Below the pieces are notes generated by a model. It was not told the origin of the DNA, searched no databases, and worked only from the letters and a program-made list of their open reading frames with translations. 64,000 bases of DNA from an uncultured cyanobacterium (GTDB lineage: Bacteria > Cyanobacteriota > Cyanobacteriia > Cyanobacteriales > Cyanobacteriaceae). The stretch lies in NCBI GenBank assembly GCA_963710605.1, contig CAVQBA010000002.1:1-64000 (forward strand), in the 5' to 3' direction. Below are positions 1-10,386 of the stretch, in pieces (the stretch's first letter is position 1; every line of letters starts with the position of its first letter). Both the position numbers and the translations under genes were made by a program.

Positions 1-1161
1 ATTTTGAACAGATTAATCGTACAGTTTTTCTTGACTACCTATCAAAAGAGAAAAAAGTTACTAAATCCAAGTTAACTCCATTAAGAGATTTTTTCTTTGT
101 GGGTACAGTTAAGGGTTGGTTTGATATTGACCAAGATATTATTCGAGATGAAGACTATCCTAAACGTCGCCGAGGCAATCCAGATCCCCTATCACAAAAA
201 GTTACAGAGCAAATAGAAGCCAATTTACATATTTTACCAGACCCCATCGCTCGAATATATCTAATCTGCTATTTTGGAGCAATGCGTCCATCTGAACTAG
301 CTCAACTCAAACAGGATTGTTTAATACAAGAAGGACAATATTGGAAACTACGTTGGTACAGACCAAAAAATAAAGATTACCATGAAATACCTATTAGTAG
401 AACTATCGCCAAAGTTGTTCAAGAACAGCTAGATTATGTTAAAAATCTATGGGGGGATGAATATGATTATTTGTTCTGTCATTATCACGGTCTATCTTCA
501 ACAAAAGCATCTCAACCTAATCTAGTACCTGTTAAGAAGGTTGTACAAAGTAATGATTCACATCCATTAATGAAAAGTATAAGAACTCTAATTACTACTT
601 TAGACATCCGAGATGAAAATGGACAACTAGCAACCTTTATAAACAAAATATTACGTTCTACTCGCTTAACTAATCTTTTTGAACAAGGACATGATTTAGC
701 GGTAGTGAGTGCATGGGCAGGACATAAACATTTTGCTACCACTAGCACTTACTATACCAAAGTTAGTTGTGAACTCATTAATAAAGAAGCAGGACATATT
801 GAAAAAGCCTTAGTTAATGCAGAAGGTAAACAAGTACCTTATGAATCCTTCCCTAAATCGTTCTGGGATAATCCTACTGCTCATAAGTTAGAACTCTCTG
901 GAACACATATTAACACGCCCATTTATGGTTATTGTGGACTGGATTTAGACCAAGATTGTCATAAGTTCAGAGCTTGTTATACTTGCAATCATTTTGTCGC
1001 TACTCCCGATAAACTTGACCAATATATCAAAGTTAGAGATGAGCTAGAAAAAACAATCTACAGCTAATGCCAATGGGCAAGATGTTTTAGTCGAGCAGTT
1101 TGGCAGACAAGCCGACACCCTTAACAAGATTATTCAGTCATTACAACACGAGGTAGCATAA
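1..1161 (+). pseudogene. Tyrosine recombinase, Tn554 TnpB-like (5'-partial; frameshift near 1050)
   Basis: Frame is open from the window edge. Catalytic motifs: GAMRPSEL (R), LRST (R), WAGH (H), TTSTYYT (Y). C-terminal Cys cluster GYC..C..FRACYTC is typical of Tn554-type integrases. After an A-run frameshift at ~1048-1053 the reading continues (QSTANANGQDVLVEQFGRQ...) to TAA 1159-1161. Confidence 0.8.
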
Positions 1162-2010
1162 TGGCAGACTTTGATATTAGAGAACAACGTATTGAAACCC
1201 TTAAATCCACTCAGGAGAAAGAAAAAAAGAATCCCGTAATCGTGTTCATGAAGCAATAGAAAAGTTACTCAAAATCAATGCCAAGATTAACTTTGCCACT
1301 GTAGCCAGAGAAGCCCAAGTCAGTGTGAGTTATTTATATAAATATCCTGAGTTGAAGCAACGAGTGGCAGAACTTCGTAGTCAACAAAATTCTATGCCTG
1401 TTAAACCGCTCAATAAACCTAATTCTACCGCCCAAGGTAAAATCATCACGAAGTTACAAGAGCGACTCAAACGGGTAGAAAATGAAAACAAAGAACTAAA
1501 GAAAAAGAATGAAGCTCTTGCAGGACAAGTATATCGAGTCTATCAACTACAAGACCAAGTAGAAAGATTACAAAAAGAAAATGAACGACTACTTACTAAA
1601 GTTAAAGAACAAGAGATAGCAGAAAAAGTTATCCCCATTAGTCGTATGACTAAAGTTCCTCCTTTGACAAGTCCACCTCAAACTTCTACTGTTTCAATTG
1701 AAAAGGAGCTAAAAGAATTAGGTGTTAAACTTAATCCCACTTTAAAAAAAACTATCAAACAAGCAGAAGAGCACAAGTATTAGAAGAAATTGCCTCTAAG
1801 GAACAATTAGCAGATCCAAGGTTAGTAACGCAAGGGGGACGGTTAAACAAAGCGATTAAAGAAGGATGGAATCACCAATCATCTACACCTGAAGTTACCA
1901 AACCCGAACATCAACAAATAGTCAGTAAATCAACTCCTTCTGACGAAAAATTAATTAGCAACGATAGATTAAAAGCCCTTAGTAACTTATTCCGTAATGA
2001 AGACGATTAA
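1161..2010 (+). pseudogene. DUF6262 / TnpC-like coiled-coil protein (two frameshifts)
   Basis: ATG overlaps the recombinase stop (TAATG). Motif KINFATVAREAQVSVSYLYKY, then a coiled coil. Frameshifts near 1215-1225 and ~1775. The last frame (...QGGRLNKAIKEGW...) ends at TAA 2008-2010. Confidence 0.65.
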
Positions 2011-3317
2011 TCAAAATAAGCTCCTAGCAAATATAGAAGCCGAAGAAGAATTCTTGGGTACAGTTCGATTTGACCCAAAAATTATCGGTTTAATTGCATC
2101 ACAGCTTCCTGCCGATGCTTTTTCCCTTTCTGCTCATCAAAAGATTTATGAATTTGCTCTAGAAATATATCGTCAAAACAAACCGACTGATTTAACTACT
2201 ATCAGCACTTGGTTACAAGACCATAATCTTTTAGATTCTGTTGGTGGTACTCTCAAGTTAACTCAATTATTAGATTCTACAGTAACATCTAAAACAGCTC
2301 AACATTATGTTGAGTTAGTAATGAATAAGTATCAACGCCGTTTATTGCGACAAACAGGACAAGAAATAGTTGAACTAGCCAGTGATACTTCTGCCAATTT
2401 AGAAACAGTCTTTGATAGTAGCGAACAGAAGTTGTTTGATATAACTACTAAGAAAACAAGGGGCAAGATTTGACCCTAAATCTATTGGTGATAGTTTAAT
2501 TGAAGTCTTGGGTAAAATTAGCGATGGAGCAAGGAATGCCTATTCTACTGGACTGAGTAATCTTGACCAACTGATTGGCGGTTTGATAAAACAAGATTTG
2601 ATTGTGGTTGCAGGAAGACCACCTATGGGGAAAAGTTGGGAACTTGGTTGTTACTTTGCTAATTATATTGCTACCAAAGAACACAAACCAGTAGTTTTCT
2701 TTAGTGCGGAGATGAGTCACGAACAGTTGACTAAAAGATTTCTTTCAATGCACACAGGTATTGATTCTCATCGACTGATACACAATCAAATTTATGAAGA
2801 AGAATATGAGCTTTTAGTATCTTCGTTAGAGCAGGTGTCACAACTACCAATAATTATTGATGATACTCCTGCAAGTCAATTAACTCCTGCCAAAATGCGT
2901 TCTGTATTACGTGGCATACAGTTGCAAAAGGGAGAAATAGGTTTAGTCGTATTAGATTATATCCAAAAATTAGGGGATAGAAGTGCAGGAAATAGATTTC
3001 AAGCTATTGGTAAATATTCAGGAGCGTGTAAAGACATCGCTAAAATGTTTGATGTTCCTTTTATCGTTTTAGCCCAAATAAACCGAGGAGTTGAAGGGCA
3101 AAGCAATAAACGCCCTTCTATGGGTGATATTAAAGATTCGGGGGATATAGAGCAGGATATGGACTTAGGTTTACTTCTTTACCGAGATGAATACTATAAC
3201 TCAAATACAAAAGATACAGGGGTTATGGAGATAATTGTGGGTAAGAATAGAAATGGTTCAACTGGTACTTGTAAAGTCAATTTTGACCCATCTGTAGGAA
3301 ACTTTAAAGACATCTGA
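1997..3317 (+). pseudogene. dnaB: DnaB-like replicative helicase, split by a 1-nt frameshift near 2455
   Basis: N-terminal domain ORF 1997-2473 and C-terminal RecA-fold ORF 2508-3317. Motifs: AGRPPMGKS (Walker A), FSAEM, VLDYIQ, LAQINR, DSGDIEQD, KNRNG. Confidence 0.85.
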
Positions 3318-3368
3318 TAGAATAATTTTAGAAGTTAATTATTGTTATGTAAAATATACACTATATGA

Positions 3369-3817
3369 ATGTGCTTTAAATCATTGTTGTGTAAATTACT
3401 AGTATCAGATAACTTAGGCTACTCTAGTCTGATAGCAACGAGCCGAAATGAAATAATTGATAGACCTAAATTTTTGATTGCTCTACAAAGCAAGTTGACA
3501 TCACTGCAACGAGAGTTAAAGAATAAGGACAAAGGCTCACAAAACTGGAAAAAAACCTGTCGTAAAATAGCTTTACTACATGAAAAAATTCACCGAAAAA
3601 GAAAGCAGTATCATTATGAATTAAGTCATTATTTGTGTGGGCAGGCGAAAATAATTTTTATTGAGGATATTGTACCTAAAGCATGGGCGAAAGGGATGTT
3701 ACGTAAACATTCTTTAGACTTCGCTTTTGGTGCGTTCATACAAATATTAACTCAAGTGGCGAAAAAAACAGACGTATATCTTCTCAAAGTTGATAAAGAT
3801 TTTACGTCACAAACCTG
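3369..3817 (+). pseudogene. tnpB: IS200/IS605-family TnpB, 5' exon (N-terminally truncated)
   Basis: Sequence LGYSSLIATS (remnant of RuvC-I), KGSQNWKK, RuvC-II IFIEDI, and ...VDKDFTSQT, which ends at the intron 5' boundary. Confidence 0.8.
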
Positions 3818-5090
3818 GTGCGATTCGTTCAGTCTAAATAAGTAACACTTAGGGACGACTGGCTTTTGTTGAGTAACCTTAATCGGTAGAGTTCGCACTT
3901 TAAATCCTCAACGAAGGACAATTTAATAATCTTGTTGGTGAGAGTAAGTAACCTAGAAAACTCAAACCCAACCCTCCAGACATAGGAGTGAAAACACTTT
4001 CCCTACGGTAGAGAATGGTCATCAATCCGTAAAGCGGGAATGAATGGGTAAAGGTTAACTCAACCTTGAGTCAATGCCACCTTAGCAGGTTTCTATGGAT
4101 AGGAATACAAAGGTTGTGTCAGAACCGTCTAGAGTGAAAACCAGTGAAATAAGGTTGATACACTGGGAGTACCAAAAGGTCAAAAACTAAGGGTATCAAA
4201 AAAGTCAGGTTTTAATTTGATATATGTCACCCGAAATAAGGCGGAGAATAACCATCCTAAAGAAACAAAACAAAGATTATTAGAAACGAAGTAACCCATT
4301 TATTACTCTCCTGAACTTCAGGAGCAGTCAACCAAGACGCAAAATCTGAATTTTTCAGGTAATTAATGGGAAAGATTGGATTAGAAGCAAACGCTCTATT
4401 GTAACGATAGAGATAAGCTGACGAATCCACGGTAATACGGAATATAAAGCTATGAGTAGCAATGAATAAGTTATGAACACGGAATTAAAACCGATGTATG
4501 AATGGAAAGACACCAATTGGCGTAAAGTCGAGAGATGTGCTTTTAAGTTGCAAAAAAGGATTTATAAAGCGTCACAGCGTGGGGATGTCAAGACAGTTCA
4601 CAGACTACAGAGGTTATTAACTAATAGTTGGTATGCAAAGCTAATATCGGTGCGTAGAGTTACTCAGGATAATCAAGGGAAGAAAACAGCAGGAGTGGAT
4701 GGAGTAAAATCTCTGACCCCAAAGAAACGTTTCCTCTTGACAAAAGAACTTAAACTGAGTACAAAGGTCAATCCAACCAGAAGAATCTGGATTCCAAAGA
4801 AAGGAAGGGATGAAAAAAGACCTTTGGGAATACCTACCATGTATGACCGAGCTTTGCAAGGGCTTGTAAAAATGGCAATTGAGCCAGAATGGGAAGCCCT
4901 ATTTGAACCTAATTCATACGGTTTCCGACCAGCTAGAAGTTGTCATGATGCTATAAGTGCTATATTCAGCCAAATTAGACTTAAATCAAAATATGTTTTG
5001 GATGCAGATATAGCAAAGTGCTTTGACAAAATAAATCACAAAAAACTACTAGATAAAGTCAATAGCTATCCAGTCTTAAGAAGACAGATA

Positions 5091-6212
5091 AGTAGCTCCA
5101 CTTAATTAAAAGTAAAACGTTCGACTTCAAATCCTGCTTGTTTTCCTCTATTATTCATTCCATTGATTATTTCTTCAACTAACTCACATTCATCTTCAAA
5201 TACTCTTGCCCTTAATTCATCCCTTTTTAAATGTAGCCATTGATCTTCCATCTTATTCATCTGTGGATGATAACTTGCCTGATAAAAGATTAGTAATCCT
5301 TGTTTCTCCCAGTAACTATAACGTTGTCTCACTTTCTGTGATTTATGTATTGAAGCATTATCATTGACTATGACTGTTAATTTTCCTGTTTCAAATAATC
5401 TCTTTGTTGCTTTTAAGGCTTGAGCATCTAAACATTCTATATACCTTGAGCTGTTCAAAGTCGTTGCTATTAGTCCGTATTCGGGGTTTTTATCTTGCTC
5501 CCATAATCCCATGATGTTTATTCTTCTTCCTTTTCTTCGTTTTTGATGTATTATTTTTTGTTCTCCTTTTTTTCCATAACTATACACCAACGGGCTTTCT
5601 GGATATACTCCAGACTCATCCAAATACTTTAAGGTGATTCAAACCTATTTGAGCCCATTTTTTAAGCATTTCTAAATCTTTCTTTTTTGCCTCTATTTCT
5701 TTGAGATTAATTATTTCAGGTGGTTTTCTTCTGATTCTTTTCCAACGCCAGTTTTTTTTTTAGTATTCTTCTAACTTGCTCAGAACCTAACTCTACTCCT
5801 GCTTCTTGCTTTAACTTTTGAGCCAATTGTTTTGCTGTATAACTTTTTTGTTCCCAAAGGCATTTTTCTATAGTTTGCCAATCTTGTGGAGTCCATTTTC
5901 TTTTTCTTCCAACTCTTTTTTCATCCCATAATCCAGCTAGTCCTTTTTCTTCCCATCTATGTATTGCTTGTCTAACCATCTTTGCTCCGCATTTTAAGTA
6001 ATCTTTGATTTCATTAACTGTTTTTCCCCTATTATTTAACCTCAGAGCAGTAGCTCTTTGTTTTGTTCTTTTTGGTACGCTATTTGCAAGAGATAACTCT
6101 TCAAGAGTTTTGTCTTCACTTTGTGATAGTTTTACTTGTAAAAAACTGGGCATTATTTCTTTTCCCATAATTATCCTGATTTTTTATTTTACTTTATTTA
6201 TGTGGAGCTACT
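5091..6212 (-). mobile_element. IS630-family insertion sequence
   Basis: Terminal inverted repeats AGTAGCTCCACTTAATTAAAAGTAAAA / TTTTACTTTATTTATGTGGAGCTACT, flanked by TA on both sides (5089-5090, 6213-6214). Confidence 0.9.
5102..6168 (-). CDS. IS630 transposase (HTH ORF 5716-6168 plus DDE ORF 5102-5623; A10 slippery site, one extra frameshift near 5640)
   Basis: DESG, NDNASIH and YHPQMNKMED (D-D-E) motifs. An A-run at 5752-5761 links the frames. An additional +1 base lies before ITLKYLDESG. Confidence 0.85.
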
Positions 6213-7218
6213 TAATAAGGTATGCAGATGACTTTGTAATCATGCACGAAGATATAAATGTGGTTATAAAATGTAAAGAAGTGATTAGCACATGGTTAAA
6301 AAATCTAGGATTAGAACTAAAACCGAGTAAAACAAAAATCGTACATACTCTGAATCAATATCAAGGACAAAAACCTGGATTCGATTTCTTAGGGTTCAAT
6401 ATACGTCAATTCAAAGCGGGAAAATATAAATCTGGAAAAAACACTAATGGAAAGATTTTGGGATTCTCTACCATAATCAGACCTTCAAAGGAAAGCCAGA
6501 AAGACCATTACAATAAAATAAAAGAGGTAATTAATAAGCATAAAGCTAAACCGCAAAATATACTTATTAGAAACCTGAACCCCATAATAAAAGGATGGTG
6601 TAACTATTTTTCCGTTGGATGCCCATCGAAAACATTCTACAGAATGGATTATACAATCTATTGGAAACTACAAAGATGGGCAAGAAGAAGACACCCAAAT
6701 AAGGGTAAGTATTGGATTTCCAAAAAATATTTTAATAGTATTGGAAACAGAAATTGGGTGTTCTCGACAAGAGATGATAAAGCGAGTTTTAAGTTGCTAG
6801 AATACGGTTCAATCAAGACCAGAAAGTACATTAAAGTAAAAGGTGAAGCATCACCATTTGATGGAAATCTTACCTACTGGAGTACAAGAATGGGAAAACA
6901 CCCCCAGATGCCTAAGCGAACAGCATCATTGTTAAAAAAAACAAAAAGGGATGTGTAACCACTGTGGATTGTACTTAAAAGATGGAGACATTATAGAGCT
7001 AGACCATATTATACCCAAATCCAAAGGAGGAAAGGATAGCTATGAAAACTGGCAGTTACTTCATCGACATTGCCATGATGTAAAAACTAAGGATGACGGA
7101 AGTCTAGAAAGAAATCCGATTATAATACCTGATAAATATTATTAGGAGAATGACATTCTTGTGTCGTACTAATGACAATAGCCGTTTTACTGAGGAGCGG
7201 TGTGACGTGAAAATGTCA

Positions 7219-9598
7219 GTGCGATTCGTTCTAGCAAAAGTCTAAAGCTAATAAGCTCAAGCGTAAGCTAGGCAAGGTTAATCATTCATTTGAACCTTGA
7301 CAACTCAATATCCATGTAGGTGAGAATCCTACCCTCTCATGCTAAGAGTGAAAGCATAACCCACATTGAATTGGCGTTTGGTAAGTCATACGATGAAGCT
7401 GGGTTAAATGGTGGTAACTGATAGCCAAAATTGGAATCCCACCTAGCACAGTAGTCATGGGTACGAAAGGAATCTTCGTAATAATCATCGTTATCTCGAA
7501 ACAGCTAAATGGCTGATAAGCTGTAACCAAAAGGTATTAGTCTAACGTACTGGCAATATTGACGGCTTGAACCAGATAGTATTACATAGACTCGGTGAAG
7601 AGAAGAACTCTAAAACTACATAGTATGGATATTGGGAACGAAATAACCCCAAAAAGACTCTCAACATTATTGTTGAGTAGTAACCAGCGTAAGTCTGATG
7701 GGGAAGGATTGTGTAAGAAGCGAAAGTCTAATTGTAATGATTAGAATATGCCCACGTACACACTTTGATTAGTAAAGAATAGTCCAAGTAGAATTAAAAG
7801 ACATGAACGTAAAGTATGTATGGAACAATTGGAACGAAATCGACTGGAAAGTCGTAGAAATTTCAGTGTTTAAAATTCAAAAACGAATATTCCGAGCAAG
7901 TCGTAGTGGTGATAAACAAGCAGTTCACAAATTACAAAGACTACTCACTAACTCTTTCTATAGCCGTTTATTAGCGGTCAGAAAGGTATCTCAAGATAAT
8001 CAAGGCAAGAAAACAGCAGGAGTTGATGGAATAAAACATCTAACCCCTAAACAGCGTCTTGAAATGGTCAATAATTTAAAAATAAGTGGTAAATCTAAAC
8101 CAACTCGCAGAGTGTGGATGCCAAAACCCAACGGAGAAAAAAGACCACTTGGAATACCGACTATATATGAAAGAGCAAAACAATGTCTAATTAAACTAGC
8201 TCTAGAACCTGAATGGGAGGCTACTTTTGAGAATAACAGCTACGGTTTTCGTCCAGCAATGTCAGCACACGACGCTATTGAGGCAATATTTAAAACCATT
8301 AAACAAAAGCCAAAATACGTACTAGATGCGGATATAGCAAAGTGCTTCGATAAAATAGACCATCAAAAACTACTTCAGAAAATGGAAACATATCCAAAAT
8401 TAAGAAGACAAATAAAAGCATGGCTAAAAAGCGGAGTAATAGACGGAAAATCTTGGTATCCAACAGATGAAGGCACACCACAAGGAGGAGTGGTGTCACC
8501 ATTATTAGCAAATATAGCTCTTCACGGTATGGAAGACGAAATCAAAAGATACGCTAGAACATTAAAAGGAAATAAATCTAAAAATGAATCGTCACTGAGT
8601 TTAATCAGATATGCTGACGATTTTGTTATCCTACATTCAAAAAAAGAAGTAATTCTTGAATGTAAACAAATAATAGAAAGATGGCTTCAAGACATCGGAT
8701 TGGAACTGAAACCGAGTAAAACAAAAATCACACACACCCTCAATCAAGTAGAAGGTAATGTGGGGTTTGATTTCTTGGGATTTAATATTAGACAATATCC
8801 CGTTGGAAAACATCATAGTAGTAAATCCACTCACTCAGAAATACTTGGATTTAAAACAATCATAAAGCCGTCAAAGGATAAAGTTAAACTACATACGCAA
8901 AAAATTGCAGAAGTAATTAAGAAACATAGAGCTAGTCAACAAATTGTCCTAATTAAAGAGTTAAATCCAATCATTAAAGGATGGTCGAATTATTACAGCA
9001 CAGTTTGTAGTAAGGATACATATTCTAAATGTGATTCTATACTATACTCACAATTAAAAAGATGGGCAGAGAGAAGACACCCAAATAAATCAAAACACTG
9101 GGTTGCTAAAAAATATTGGCACTCAAGGGGTTTAAGAAACTGGGTCTCTTCATGAGGAAGGGGAAATATATAGCGAATTAAAAACTCACTCACAGACCCC
9201 TATCAAAAGGCATATAAAAGTAAGGAAGAACTACAGCATTTTTAATGGTGAGATAGTTTACTCGAGTAGTAGATTAGGAAAGCATCCCGAAATGTCTGAA
9301 CTAATGGCAAAATTGCTAAAAAGACAAAAACAAAGGTGTAATCATTGTGAACTGTTACTCATGAGAAGAGAATTATTAGAAATTGACCATATAATCCCTG
9401 TATCAAAAGGAGGAAGATACAGTTTTCAAGAATTTACAAATTCTCCACAGACATTGCCACGACACTAAGACAACCACTGATGGAAGTCTCACTTGTATTC
9501 AAGACAAGAAACTAATTAGAGAGGAGCGAGGTGAGGGGAAACTTTCATGCCTCGTTTTGAAGACGAGTCAGAATGGTGACGTTCTGGCTTAGTTTAAC
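7219..9598 (+). mobile_element. Group II intron 2 (inner), inserted in domain V of intron 1
   Basis: Starts GTGCGATTCGTT at 7219. It has its own domain V (GAGCGAGGTGAGGGGAAACTTTCATGCCTCGTTT, ~9524-9557), domain VI, and a 3' end ..GTTTAAC at 9598. Confidence 0.92.
7803..9520 (+). pseudogene. Intron-encoded RT/maturase of intron 2 (RT and X intact to 9155; HNH region frameshifted)
   Basis: 450-aa ORF with GTPQGGVVSPLLAN and YADD. Out-of-frame remnants EIDHIIPVSKGG and RHCHDTK lie downstream. Confidence 0.9.
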
Positions 9599-9649
9599 TG
9601 CACCGTTTTGGAGAGCAGTAGGTGGGGTGACTCACTTACTGACTTTAAT

Positions 9650-9878
9650 CCCAAATTGTAATACAATTACTGGTAAAAAAGACTTGAAAGAGCGAGTTCA
9701 TAGTTGTTCTGAATGTGGTTTTACGGCAAATAGAGATGTAGCCGTATCGATGATTGTAGAGCAACGAGGTCTCCTAGCCGTTGGACAAACGGTGTCGCAG
9801 TCTGTGGAGGATAGTGGTATCGGGGTTGTTGAGAAATCGACAACTAGAACCACCCGAAAAAGCAGAAAATCTAAATAG
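9650..9878 (+). pseudogene. tnpB: IS605-family TnpB, 3' exon
   Basis: PNC...HSCSECGFTANRDVA (zinc finger and RuvC-III), in frame with the 5' exon after splicing. Confidence 0.85.
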
Positions 9879-9930
9879 CGATGTTTGGAAGCCCATGTCT
9901 GTACTGTAAGTCAGCGTGGAAAGATGTCAC
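9780..9930 (+). ncRNA. IS605 right end / putative omegaRNA scaffold region
   Basis: Overlaps the tnpB 3' end and terminates GATGTCAC (TCAC-type right end). The RNA extent is inferred from TnpB family knowledge. Confidence 0.5.
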
Positions 9931-9966
9931 TACGATAATTAATCAATAATTTAAAATCAAAATACT

Positions 9967-9994
9967 GTAGAGATGGGGTAAGCCTTGTCTCTAC
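9967..9994 (+). repeat. GTAG-type REP-like palindrome
   Basis: GTAGAGATGGGGTAAGCCTTGTCTCTAC. Confidence 0.55.
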
Positions 9995-10256
9995 TTCTTT
10001 TTGCTCAAGTTTAATATATACAAGGCTAATATTTTTTATTTTAAAGATCTAAAAACAAAAGAAGGTCTGATTAAGATTTAGATTATCTTATCTTAATATT
10101 TTAATCAAACTAACTTTGAGACGCAATAATCGTCTTGAATTATTACCAAACAATTGTATCTTGAAACGCTGAAGGGGTATCAAGATTTTATTAATAAGTG
10201 CGTAACTAACTTTACTTAAAACTCTCAAGGCTATACTCTATAAGAATATAGCGAAA

Positions 10257-10330
10257 CGGGCGTGAAGGGACTCGAACCCCCGACCTGCTGATTCGTAGTC
10301 AGCCGCTCTAATCCACTAAGCTACACACCC
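10257..10330 (-). tRNA. tRNA-Arg(ACG)
   Basis: GGGTGTGTAGCTTAGTGGATTAGAGCGGCTGACTACGAATCAGCAGGTCGGGGGTTCGAGTCCCTTCACGCCCG folds as a cloverleaf with anticodon ACG. CCA is not encoded. Confidence 0.95.
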
Positions 10331-10386
10331 ATATTTTTCGCACTTATCTATAATAACCAATAATACCTAAAAATGCAATAGTAATA

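Larger units (their letters stand above)
4473..7145 (+). pseudogene. Intron-encoded RT/maturase/HNH protein of intron 1 (IS630-interrupted, internally deleted, frameshifted)
   Basis: N-terminal RT subdomains (GKKTAGVDG, RPLGIPT, YGFRP, LDADIAKCFD) at 4473-5090. YADD, X domain and HNH (ELDHIIPKSKGG..HRHCH) follow after 6213. Confidence 0.9.
3818..9649 (+). mobile_element. Group II intron 1 (outer; IIB/chloroplast-like class)
   Basis: Starts GTGCGATTCGTT at 3818. Domain V is split at 7218/9599. Domain VI (AGTAGGTGGG..CTCACTTACT) and the 3' end ..TTTAAT are at 9649. Splicing restores tnpB TSQTCPNC. EBS1 CAGGTT (4206-4211) complements IBS1 AACCTG. Confidence 0.92.

Noticed and set aside
6005-6212. 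N-terminus of the 317-aa ORF
   Set aside because: It is the antisense of the IS630; the RT resumes only at 6213.
4473-9155. RT genes as retron, DGR or CRISPR-associated RT
   Set aside because: Both have X/HNH domains and lie inside recognisable group II intron RNAs; no TR/VR pair, msr-msd or cas genes are seen.
9573-9649. N-terminus of the 101-aa ORF
   Set aside because: It is intron domain V/VI RNA; TnpB coding resumes at 9650.
3369-9930. IStron (group I intron carrying tnpB)
   Set aside because: The topology is reversed: group II introns lie inside tnpB, and no group I core was recognised.
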